Position numbers and translations under genes: made by a program
The notes under the pieces: generated by a model
Told to the model about the DNA's origin: nothing
What the model saw: the letters and a program-made list of their open reading frames with translations, nothing else
The model's database searches: none
In this document: positions 19,728 through 28,288 of the stretch, one piece after another
Layout of the letters: every line of letters starts with the position of its first letter
Numbering within the stretch: position 1 is the first letter of the stretch
NCBI GenBank assembly: GCA_965203485.1
Contig: OZ241892.1
Span: 2,240,001-2,304,000, forward strand
Length of the DNA: 64,000 bases
Source of the DNA: Longimicrobiales bacterium
GTDB taxonomy: Bacteria; Gemmatimonadota; Gemmatimonadetes; Longimicrobiales; Gaopeijiaceae
Reading direction: 5' to 3'

Positions 19728-19788
19728 CGTGCCGCGCGCCGCTGGGGCACCGGCCGCAATCGAGCGCCCGCCCCGGGGGCGGCGGCCG

Positions 19789-20805
19789 TCACGAGCTGAT
19801 TCCCGGCAACCGCAACGGCCCGCCGAGCCATCCGCGCACGGGATGAGGCCGGTACGGCGCTTCCAGCTCGGCGCAGTCGTCCCCCGAGAGCTCGACGTCC
19901 ACGGCCGCGGCCGCTTCGTCCAGTTGGTCCAGGCGCGTGAATCCCACTATGGGCGCCGCGACCGCGGGCCGGCCGAGCAACCAAGCCAGGGCCACTTGCG
20001 CGGGGGCAACGCCCAGGCGGCCGGCCACGCGCACCGTCGCACGGACCACGTCCCAGTCCGAATCCTGGTCGTACAGCTCGTCCGCCAGCGGCGCGTCCGA
20101 CTCGTCCCGGGCCGATGTCTTGTGATCGCCTCGCAGCCGCCTGCCTCCCAGCAGTCCGCGCGCCAGAGGCGACCACGGAATCACGCCGATCCCCTGGTCC
20201 GCGCAGAGCGGCAGCATTTCCCGCTCTTCCTCGCGGTACACCAAGTTGTAGTGGTTCTGCATCGACACGAACTTGGCCCAGCCGGCTCGCTCCGAGGCCG
20301 AGAGGGCCTTCATCAGCTCCCACGCGAACATGGAACTGGCGCCCAGGTACAGCACCTTGCCGTCGCGGACGAGCTGGTCGAGCGCGGACAGAGTCTCCTC
20401 GACGGGCGTGTTCGGATCGGCCCGGTGGACTTGATAGAGGTCGATCCGCTCCAGGCCCAGCCGCCGCAAGCTGGCCTCGCAGGACTGGATCACGTGCTTG
20501 CGCGACAGTCCCGAGCGGTTCGGCCCGTCGCCCATCTTCAGCCGCACCTTGGTGGCCACCACCGCCTCCTCGCGCACGGCGAATTCCCGCACGGCCTTGC
20601 CGGTGATCTCTTCGCTGGCGCCCGCCGAGTACACGTCCGCCGTGTCGAAGAAGTTGACCCCGAGCTCGACGGCGCGACGAAAGAACGGCATCGCCTCGTC
20701 CTCCTCGAGCACCCAGGGACGCCATCGCTTGCTGCCGAAGCTCATGCAGCCCAGAGCAATCCGCGAGACGACCAAGCCGCTACCGCCCAAGCGCGCGTAT
20801 TCCAT
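19789..20805 (-). CDS. Aldo/keto reductase
   Basis: LGCMSFG, FFDTADVY, IDLYQVHR, MQNHYNL, PWSPLARG. Confidence 0.95.
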   Translation of the reverse strand: MEYARLGGSGLVVSRIALGCMSFGSKRWRPWVLEEDEAMPFFRRAVELGVNFFDTADVYSAGASEEITGKAVREFAVREEAVVATKVRLKMGDGPNRSGLSRKHVIQSCEASLRRLGLERIDLYQVHRADPNTPVEETLSALDQLVRDGKVLYLGASSMFAWELMKALSASERAGWAKFVSMQNHYNLVYREEEREMLPLCADQGIGVIPWSPLARGLLGGRRLRGDHKTSARDESDAPLADELYDQDSDWDVVRATVRVAGRLGVAPAQVALAWLLGRPAVAAPIVGFTRLDQLDEAAAAVDVELSGDDCAELEAPYRPHPVRGWLGGPLRLPGISS

Positions 20806-20813
20806 CGAACGGC

Positions 20814-22433
20814 TCAGTCCGTCGCCGGCGGCGCGCCCCCGCCCGAGGTGCGCAGGATGAACGCGTCCAGGACTTCCTTCCATTGCGGCAACAGCGATTC
20901 CTCCACGTACATCATGTGCCCGGCGGCGAAGTCGGCGCGCTCGATGTTGTCGCGCAGGTCGGGCGGCAGGCCCATCCGGTCCATCGTCCAGACCGCGGCG
21001 AAGTAGGGCGTCGCCAAGTCGTAGATGCCGTTGATCAGGAGGACTTCGAGCCGGGGATTCCGCTTCATCGCCTCGGCCAAGTCGGGCGCCACGTTGGGGG
21101 TGCCGCCGCCGCGCACGAACGCGCCGCCTCCGCCCAGCCGGCCCCAGTTCCAGTCGCGCACGCCGCCGCTGGGGACGTATTCGCGGTCGCCGTCGTAGCC
21201 CAGCTCGGCGCGCACGTAGCTGTTGAAGGCGGACGTGTAGGCCGAGCTGATCGCCGTGGACTGGGGATCGTGCGAGGGGCGGGTCTGCAGCACGTCGCCG
21301 GCCGGTCCCGTGAAGCGCGCGTCCAGCCTGCCGACGATCTTGCCCTGGTCGCGCAACAGTTCGGCCTCGAACGCGGGGGCCGTGACGCGCAGGTCGGACT
21401 TCTCGATGAAGTCGAGGCTCAGGCCGGTGTAGTCGCGCATCCGGGCGGCCACGCGCTCGCGAGTCGCCGGGTCCAAGGTCCCGCCGGCGAGCAGGGCCGT
21501 CGCGTATTCGGTAAGCGCCCAGGTTTCGACCTCGTTCATGAAGGCCTCCAAGTCGTCCCGTCTCCCGCCGCGGAGCGCGTCCAGATAGTTGGCGGCGACC
21601 GCGTAGGCGGGCAGGTTGACGATGTACGGCAGGTCGTCGCCGGGCGCGAACTGGATCGTGTTGAACTGGAGGACGGCCGAGACGAGGACGATGCCGTTCA
21701 CGTCGACGTTGGCCCGTTGCAGGTGCCTCGCCAGGACGGCGGACCGCGTGGTCCCGTAGCTCTCGCCCAGCAAGTAGCGCGGTGAGTTCCAGCGGTCGTG
21801 CTCCGACAGAAAGCGCCGGACGAACTGCGCCAGCGAGCGGGCGTCCTCGTCGATGCCCCAGTAGTCGGCGCCCGGCGTGTCGCCCAGCGTGTGGCTGAAG
21901 CCCGTCCCGATGGGATCAACCATGACGATGTCGGCCACGTCGAGGACCGTGTAGGCGTTGTCCTCCAGCGGATAGGGCGGCGCGCCCTGGGGGCCCACCT
22001 CGGGAGTGACGACGCGGCGCGGCCCCATGATTCCCATGTGCAGCCAGAAGGAGGCCGATCCGGGCCCGCCGTTGTAGGCGAAGACGAGAGGCCGGTCCGC
22101 CGACGGGACGCCGTTCGTGCGGAAGTAGGCCGTGTAGTAGAGTTCGGCGGCCGCGGCGCCTTCGTCGTCCGTCAGCGCGATCCCGCCCACCACCGCGTCG
22201 TATTCGACGGTTTCGCCGCCCACCTCGATCGCGTGGCGGCTCTCCCAGCGTTCCAGCTCGGCCACGGGCGAGTCGGCGTCCTGCGCCTGGGCAGCAAGCG
22301 GGAGCGCACTCAGCGACGGGGCGGCCAGCGCCACCAAGAACGCCGAGACGAGGGCTCGCGGGGTCGCCGCGACCACGGCGCTCGCGGCCCAAAAAAGGAA
22401 TCGGCAAGGTACGGGGTTCGACACGAGGGCCAT
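20814..22433 (-). CDS. S10 family serine carboxypeptidase, secreted
   Basis: YNGGPGSAS, DPIGTGFS, GESYG, AGHMMY; signal peptide. Confidence 0.93.
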   Translation of the reverse strand: MALVSNPVPCRFLFWAASAVVAATPRALVSAFLVALAAPSLSALPLAAQAQDADSPVAELERWESRHAIEVGGETVEYDAVVGGIALTDDEGAAAAELYYTAYFRTNGVPSADRPLVFAYNGGPGSASFWLHMGIMGPRRVVTPEVGPQGAPPYPLEDNAYTVLDVADIVMVDPIGTGFSHTLGDTPGADYWGIDEDARSLAQFVRRFLSEHDRWNSPRYLLGESYGTTRSAVLARHLQRANVDVNGIVLVSAVLQFNTIQFAPGDDLPYIVNLPAYAVAANYLDALRGGRRDDLEAFMNEVETWALTEYATALLAGGTLDPATRERVAARMRDYTGLSLDFIEKSDLRVTAPAFEAELLRDQGKIVGRLDARFTGPAGDVLQTRPSHDPQSTAISSAYTSAFNSYVRAELGYDGDREYVPSGGVRDWNWGRLGGGGAFVRGGGTPNVAPDLAEAMKRNPRLEVLLINGIYDLATPYFAAVWTMDRMGLPPDLRDNIERADFAAGHMMYVEESLLPQWKEVLDAFILRTSGGGAPPATD

Positions 22434-22933
22434 GGCGCAGGCACCAGAAATTGGGAGAATCTGTCGGCAACGAAGAGCCGGATTCTACCACGCACGCCGG
22501 CCGCGTGGCAAGGGACTTGTGCCCGTTCCGGCGACACTGCGAGTCCGGATCAGGCGATCTTCGCCCGGGCACGGAAGGGCTGACCCCAAGAGTGGGCATC
22601 AGCGCCGCAGGCGGGCGGGCGCCGTGCCACGACCGGAGGGTCCTGGGAGATCCTTCCATCCGGCATAGCCGTGGCCTGGAATTGTGCCGGAGTTGTCGTG
22701 CGTCGCTACGTTTCCAAGGCTACGGTTGCGGCGTTGCGCGGGAAAACCCGAGTTCTGGCCACACAGGACTAGGCATCGACTATCCCGAGATGGTGGTCTA
22801 CCGGGCGACTGTGGGGCCGCGCGCTCCCCGCCGCCGCCAGCCGTAGTCTCCACTTGGCGGCGGCGCGCATCCCCGATCCGCGCGCCGCGCAACGTCGCCA
22901 AGCCCCTCGCAACCAACAAGGACAAGCAACACG

Positions 22934-24088
22934 ATGAGAATCCTTCGTCCCGTTTGCACCCCCCTTTCCTTGGCCGTCGGAATTCTGCTCGCGTCGGCCG
23001 CTGCGTGCACGCCGCCCGACGGCGGCGCGGAGAGCGGAACGCCCGAGTCGGAAGAGGAACTCGTGGCCCGCGCACGCGGCATCCACGAGCGCGTGATCAC
23101 TCTGGACACGCACGCCGACATCAACACCGACAACTTCACGGCCGACCGGAACTACACGATGGACCTGCCCACGCAGGTCACGTTGCCGAAGATGGAGGCG
23201 GGCGGCCTCGACGTCGCGTGGCTCGTCGTGTACACGGGCCAAGGCGAACTGACCGACGAAGGCTACGTTGCCGCCTACGACAACGCGGTCGACAAGTTCG
23301 ACGCCATCCACCGGCTGGCCGGGGAGATCGCGCCCGACCGGATCGAGCTCGCCTACACGTCCGACGACGTGCGCCGCATCGCCGCCACGGGCAAGCGGGT
23401 CGCGATGATCGGCGTCGAGAATGCGTATCCTGCCGGCCTCGATCTCGCCCGGTTCGAGGAGTTCCATTCGCGCGGCGCTCGCTACGTGTCGCTGGCGCAC
23501 AACGGCCACAGCCAATTTTCCGACTCGCACACCGGCGAAGCGGACGGCGAATGGCTGCACGGGGGGCTGAGCGACCTCGGGCGCCAAGCGGTGGCCGAAC
23601 TCAACCGCTTGGGCGTGCTGATCGACATCTCGCATCCGTCCAAGGCCGCCATGATGGAGATGGTCGCGCTGAGCCGCGCCCCGGTCGTCGCGTCGCACTC
23701 GTCGGCGCGCGCGCTCACCGACCACAGCCGCAATCTGGACGACGAGCAGCTGCGGGCCGTCGCCGAGAACGGGGGCGTGGTCCAGACGGTGGCGTTGGGC
23801 GCCTACGTCCGCCGCGAGAGCGAGACCGCAAGCGTGTCCGACCTGATCGACCACATCGACTACATGGTCAATCTGATCGGCATCGAGCACGTGGGCATCA
23901 GCTCGGACTTCGACGGAGGAGGAGGCATCGACGGATGGCAGGACGCGTCGGAAACGTTCAACGTGACGCTGGAGCTGATCCGGCGCGACTACTCGGAAGA
24001 AGAGATCGCCCAGATTTGGAGCGGCAACCTGCTCCGGGCGCTGGACCGCGCTCAGGAAGTGGCCGCGCAGATGCAGGCTGGAGGCTAA
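22934..24088 (+). CDS. Membrane dipeptidase (M19), lipoprotein
   Basis: Lipobox AAAC; LDTHAD, IDISH, ASHSS, HVGISSDFDGGG. Confidence 0.95.
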   Translation: MRILRPVCTPLSLAVGILLASAAACTPPDGGAESGTPESEEELVARARGIHERVITLDTHADINTDNFTADRNYTMDLPTQVTLPKMEAGGLDVAWLVVYTGQGELTDEGYVAAYDNAVDKFDAIHRLAGEIAPDRIELAYTSDDVRRIAATGKRVAMIGVENAYPAGLDLARFEEFHSRGARYVSLAHNGHSQFSDSHTGEADGEWLHGGLSDLGRQAVAELNRLGVLIDISHPSKAAMMEMVALSRAPVVASHSSARALTDHSRNLDDEQLRAVAENGGVVQTVALGAYVRRESETASVSDLIDHIDYMVNLIGIEHVGISSDFDGGGGIDGWQDASETFNVTLELIRRDYSEEEIAQIWSGNLLRALDRAQEVAAQMQAGG

Positions 24089-24152
24089 GCCGCCCCGGCC
24101 TGGAACGCGAACGAGCAACGAGCGCAAACGCACGGTCGGCGCGCACGGCGAT

Positions 24153-24181
24153 TTGCGCCAACGCCGGTCATGCACTACCAT
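24153..24181 (+). promoter_or_regulatory. Putative sigma70 promoter of the orphan lipoprotein
   Basis: TTGCGC-N17-TACCAT; TAAGGAG RBS downstream. Confidence 0.45.
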
Positions 24182-24234
24182 TTACGGTACCTTGCCGATG
24201 CTCTCTTGGCCCCTGAACTTAAGGAGAAGACAGC

Positions 24235-24699
24235 ATGAACGACGCACGTATCTCCATGCCGAATGCGTTGCGGTTCTTGATCGCGGCTCTCGCCGTCGCC
24301 GCCACCGGGAGTTGCGCCGAAAGCACCGCCCCCTCCGAGGCGGAGGATCTTGAGCAACCCGGCCGCGACGTGCTGATGGCCCAAGCTCTCGTGGCCTTGG
24401 CCAAAGAAGGACCCATCCACATCACCTTCGTGACGGACGACGACATCATCGTCCGGTCCGTCGATTCCGGCGACAAGCCGGAGGCGCTCGCCATGTGCGA
24501 GGAGCCGCAACCGGTGTGCTCGGTGTCTCAAGATGCGGGCATCTTCGCAATGAGGGGGTTCCTGCGGTGCGTTCGAGATGCCCGCGCCAACAACGTCTGC
24601 GGCGACGGCGGAGACGACTTTCATCTGGAGTTCGACGACGACGCGGGAGACAACGGCGAGGTCCATCTGCACTGCCGGGGCGAGTGCGACAGGGGCTAA
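24235..24699 (+). CDS. Cys-rich acidic hypothetical lipoprotein
   Basis: Strong RBS; lipobox-like ATGSC; six further Cys. Confidence 0.7.
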   Translation: MNDARISMPNALRFLIAALAVAATGSCAESTAPSEAEDLEQPGRDVLMAQALVALAKEGPIHITFVTDDDIIVRSVDSGDKPEALAMCEEPQPVCSVSQDAGIFAMRGFLRCVRDARANNVCGDGGDDFHLEFDDDAGDNGEVHLHCRGECDRG

Positions 24700-24748
24700 C
24701 GGAGTCGGCGGCGTGGAACGGGCGGCAGGAGGGGTCGCCTCAGTCCGG

Positions 24749-25456
24749 TTAGTCCGGCAACCTTAGCGAGACGTGCAGGTGGTCGGCCGTGCCGACATGA
24801 CGCAACGCGTGGAATCCCATCGCCCAGAACGCGAGTTCCACCGTTCGGTTCCAGAACTCGGAGCGTCCCCTGGTCCTCAGGTCGATGGCATGGACGAATC
24901 CGGTCTCCTGGCGGAAGTGCAAGGACGCCTCGCGCGGAGTCAGGCCCATGAGGCGGTAGTCGTCCTGTGTCCTCCCGGCGTCGGTGACGACCGCCGCGCC
25001 ATCCACCAGGACCAGGGTGCTCGCCGCGAGCCGAAGCAAAGGATGCACGGTCGCGTACTCGGCGCGCACCTCCTCCGACTTGAAGTTGGCCGCGGCCACG
25101 TAGACCAGGGCATACACTACGTAGGCGACCGCCAGCGCGACGCCCAGTTGCCGGAGCAACCTGCGGACGTACTTGGGCGCGCGAGTGCGCCAGCCCAGCA
25201 CGCATGCGTAGAGGACCAGGACGAGGACCGTCGCCGCCGCCGAGAGCCCCAGCGCCGGCCATGTTCCCAACTCCCATTCACGGTATGCGAACACGCCGCC
25301 GCGGATGAGGCAATAGAACGGCAGAACCGCAAGCGCGGCCGCGAGGAGCGCCGCGCCCACCAAGCGGAACGGCAAGCTCCACAAGGGACGCCGTTGCCGG
25401 GCCTCGCGAGGGGCGGCGGGTTGCGGCACGGCCTGCGCCGCGCCCGCAACGCCCAC
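24749..25456 (-). CDS. Membrane protein (about 3 TM) with C-terminal M15/LAS-like Zn motif; start approximate
   Basis: Hydrophobic N-terminal half; VTDAGRT...SLH...AIDLR...HLHVS. Confidence 0.7.
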   Translation of the reverse strand: MGVAGAAQAVPQPAAPREARQRRPLWSLPFRLVGAALLAAALAVLPFYCLIRGGVFAYREWELGTWPALGLSAAATVLVLVLYACVLGWRTRAPKYVRRLLRQLGVALAVAYVVYALVYVAAANFKSEEVRAEYATVHPLLRLAASTLVLVDGAAVVTDAGRTQDDYRLMGLTPREASLHFRQETGFVHAIDLRTRGRSEFWNRTVELAFWAMGFHALRHVGTADHLHVSLRLPD

Positions 25457-25500
25457 GTAGTCGATCCGGGACGGGTCGCTCTCGGCCCGCGGTCCCCGAC

Positions 25501-28239
25501 CTAGTCCCATCGGTATCCCAGCCGCGCGTAGTAGAAGCCGCCGTTGGTGCCGAACGGCGAATTCGGGCCGTACAAGTTGCCGTTGCGGCCGGCCTGCGGA
25601 TTGCGCTCGGGGTGCCGGTTGAGCGCGTTCTGCGCCCCCGCGGTGAGCGTGAGCCCGTCGACGAAGGAGTACGCCGCCTCCACGTCCAGCAGGGCGGCGC
25701 CGGGGTAGTTGCGGTCGTCGCGGGCGTCGAACCAGCCGCCGAACCAGCTGACGCGTCCGAGCAGGCGCACCGACCCCAGAGCGTGCTTGGCCGCGTAGAG
25801 CCAGCGCGTGCGGGGAAGCCCTTCCTCGAGCTGGCGAATGCGCTCGTCGTCGAGCACCGAGGGATCGTAGGAGACGACGCTCGTCCGCGTGTGGTTGAAG
25901 GCCAGGCTGAGCTCGATGCCGTCCATGATCGGCAAGGCGAACGCGGCCACCACGTCCACCCCTTGGGTCCTCGTCTTGAAGTTGTTGGTGAAGAAGCGGA
26001 AGTTCTGCAGGTTGGCGGCGCTCGTGATGCCCTCGTTCTCCAGCGTCTCGCGTTCCTCGGCGGTCAGGACGAACGGTTGGGTAATGGCGAGCCGATCGGA
26101 CACCACCACCCGAAAATAGTCGGCCGTCACCCGCAGCGACCCGGACTCCATGGCGGCGCCGAGTCCTAGGCTGAACGAGCGTTCGGGCTCCAGCGGGCGG
26201 CCGCCCCGAAGCGCCGCAACCCGAGAAGTGGACGGAATCGTGCCGTTGTTGACCAGATCGTTGAGTTCGCGGTCGAACTCGGTGGAGACGTTGAAGGCGT
26301 TCTGCTGGCCAGGCGTGGGCGCCCGGAACCCGGTGCTGGCGCTGGCGCGCAAGGCCAGAGCGCGGGCGATCTGGTAGCGGGCGGCGAACTTGCCGTTGAG
26401 CGTTCGGCCGAAGCCCTGGAAGTCCTCGAGGCGCACGGCCGCCCCGCCCTCCCATGGACGGTCGTCCCCGCCCAGCTCCGCATCGGCGTAGATGGCGTAG
26501 TTCGCCCGGCTCCATTCGCCCGCCGCAATGGGGCTGAAACCCGGAAAGCCGTTCGAGCCCGAGCTGAAGCCCTGCGGCGCCAGCGGCCCCTGGCGCCAGG
26601 AATCGTCCTCTCCGAGTCCGATCCGAAACGTCTCCCGCCGCCACTCCGCGCCGCCGGCCAAGCTGAGCAGATCGCCGGTCGCGTAGGCGGCGTCCATGTT
26701 GACGTTGACCTCGCGCTGCCGGTAGAGGCCGGGGTCGAACTCGGTGGGCGTGTCTTGCCCAAGCGACGCGTTGACCGTGTTGTAGATGAAAAAGTCGACC
26801 TCGTTGGAGCCCCAGCCGACGCTCGCGTCCCACTGCAGTCCGCTGGCCGTCTCGCCCTTGGCGCCGGCGACCACCGACGCGTCCACGGCGTCCCCGCCGA
26901 ACTGGGGAGTGAAGCCGCCCGGAAAGCGCTCCTGGAACGAAAAGCAGTTCGGGTCCGCGAAGACGCGGGCAATGGCCGCGGGATCGGGCACGCCGTTCGC
27001 GACCCGCACGACCGGGCATCCTGCCGAGCCGTCCAGCACGCCGTCCTGGGCGTCCAGCATGTCGCCGATCAGCAACGTCTTGCCGCCGTCCAGGCTGAAG
27101 ACGCCCGCGCGCGTGTTCGGATTGCGGTAGAAGAAGCCGCCGGTCACGGTCTCGCTGGCGTATCCGGCGTGGCCGTAGAGCCGCGTCCTGTCGCCCAGGC
27201 CGCCGCCGAAGTGTCCCCACAGCTTGAAGTCGTCCTCGATCCTGGGGGCTCCCCAGATCTGCGCGGGGTCGCGGACGTGCTCGTTGCCCGTGGCGACGAG
27301 AAGGGCGGCGTCGGCCCGCTGCACGCTGCGGCTGGTCGGAGCGCTGGCGCCGTATTCGGCGCTGAGGTTCGCGAATCCGGTGCGGCCGATCGGCAGGCCC
27401 ACGTTGCCCGCGACCGTCCAGGTCTCGCCGTCGCCGTCGCCGAATCCGCCGCCGCGCACCTCCATGCGGCCTCCTTCGCGGTCGTCGCGAAGCTGCAGGT
27501 TCACGACGCCGGCGATGGCGTCCGACCCGTACTGCGCGGAGGCCCCGTCGCGCAACACCTCCACTTGGCGGAGCGCGATCGCCGGAACCGCCGACACGTC
27601 CGCTCCCTGCGCCCCGTCCGACACGCCGTTGCCGATCCAGGTGATCACGGCGGCCCGGTGCCTGCGCTTGCCGTTGACGAGCAGCAGAGTGTGGTCGGGC
27701 GCCAAGCCCCGCAGGTTGGCCGGGCGCACGATCGTGGCTGCGTCGCCACGGGCCTCCGGGTTCACGTTGAACGACGGAACGACCGTCCGCAGCAGGTCGC
27801 CCAGGTCGGTCTCGCCCTGCTCCTGAAAGTCGGCGGGCGGAATCGCGTCGATCGGCACCATCGACTGCGTGGCGGTCCTGGGCCGGGCGCGGCTCCCCAC
27901 GGCGACGATGCCCTCCAGCGCCAACGCGGTCTCGTCCAGCGCCAAGTCCAGGCGGGCCGTGGCGCCGTCCGCGATCCGCACGGTGCGCAGCACGGACCGG
28001 TAGCCGATGAGCCGGACTTCGACGAAGTGGCTGCCCGCGGGAACTCCGCTGATCCTGAACGCGCCGCCGGGGCCCGTCGTGCCCGCCAGCCGAACCTCGT
28101 CGAGGGCGACGTGCGCGCCAGCGAGCGGTTCGTTCGTCGCGGAGTTGCGGACCGTGCCCGCAAGCACGCCCTGTGCCGCGAGGGCATCGGCGTGCAAGGC
28201 TGCGGCCGCCACGCCGAAGCACAGCGTGGCGGCCCGCAT
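25501..28239 (-). CDS. TonB-dependent receptor, paralog 2
   Basis: Plug LRGLAPDHTLLLVNGKRRH, VEVLRDGASAQYGSDAIAGV; STGFRAPT; aromatic C-terminus. Confidence 0.95.
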   Translation of the reverse strand: MRAATLCFGVAAAALHADALAAQGVLAGTVRNSATNEPLAGAHVALDEVRLAGTTGPGGAFRISGVPAGSHFVEVRLIGYRSVLRTVRIADGATARLDLALDETALALEGIVAVGSRARPRTATQSMVPIDAIPPADFQEQGETDLGDLLRTVVPSFNVNPEARGDAATIVRPANLRGLAPDHTLLLVNGKRRHRAAVITWIGNGVSDGAQGADVSAVPAIALRQVEVLRDGASAQYGSDAIAGVVNLQLRDDREGGRMEVRGGGFGDGDGETWTVAGNVGLPIGRTGFANLSAEYGASAPTSRSVQRADAALLVATGNEHVRDPAQIWGAPRIEDDFKLWGHFGGGLGDRTRLYGHAGYASETVTGGFFYRNPNTRAGVFSLDGGKTLLIGDMLDAQDGVLDGSAGCPVVRVANGVPDPAAIARVFADPNCFSFQERFPGGFTPQFGGDAVDASVVAGAKGETASGLQWDASVGWGSNEVDFFIYNTVNASLGQDTPTEFDPGLYRQREVNVNMDAAYATGDLLSLAGGAEWRRETFRIGLGEDDSWRQGPLAPQGFSSGSNGFPGFSPIAAGEWSRANYAIYADAELGGDDRPWEGGAAVRLEDFQGFGRTLNGKFAARYQIARALALRASASTGFRAPTPGQQNAFNVSTEFDRELNDLVNNGTIPSTSRVAALRGGRPLEPERSFSLGLGAAMESGSLRVTADYFRVVVSDRLAITQPFVLTAEERETLENEGITSAANLQNFRFFTNNFKTRTQGVDVVAAFALPIMDGIELSLAFNHTRTSVVSYDPSVLDDERIRQLEEGLPRTRWLYAAKHALGSVRLLGRVSWFGGWFDARDDRNYPGAALLDVEAAYSFVDGLTLTAGAQNALNRHPERNPQAGRNGNLYGPNSPFGTNGGFYYARLGYRWD

Positions 28240-28288
28240 TGCCCTGTTCGCTCGGGGCCTTAGCCGCACGGCCCCGCTCGCTCCTCCG

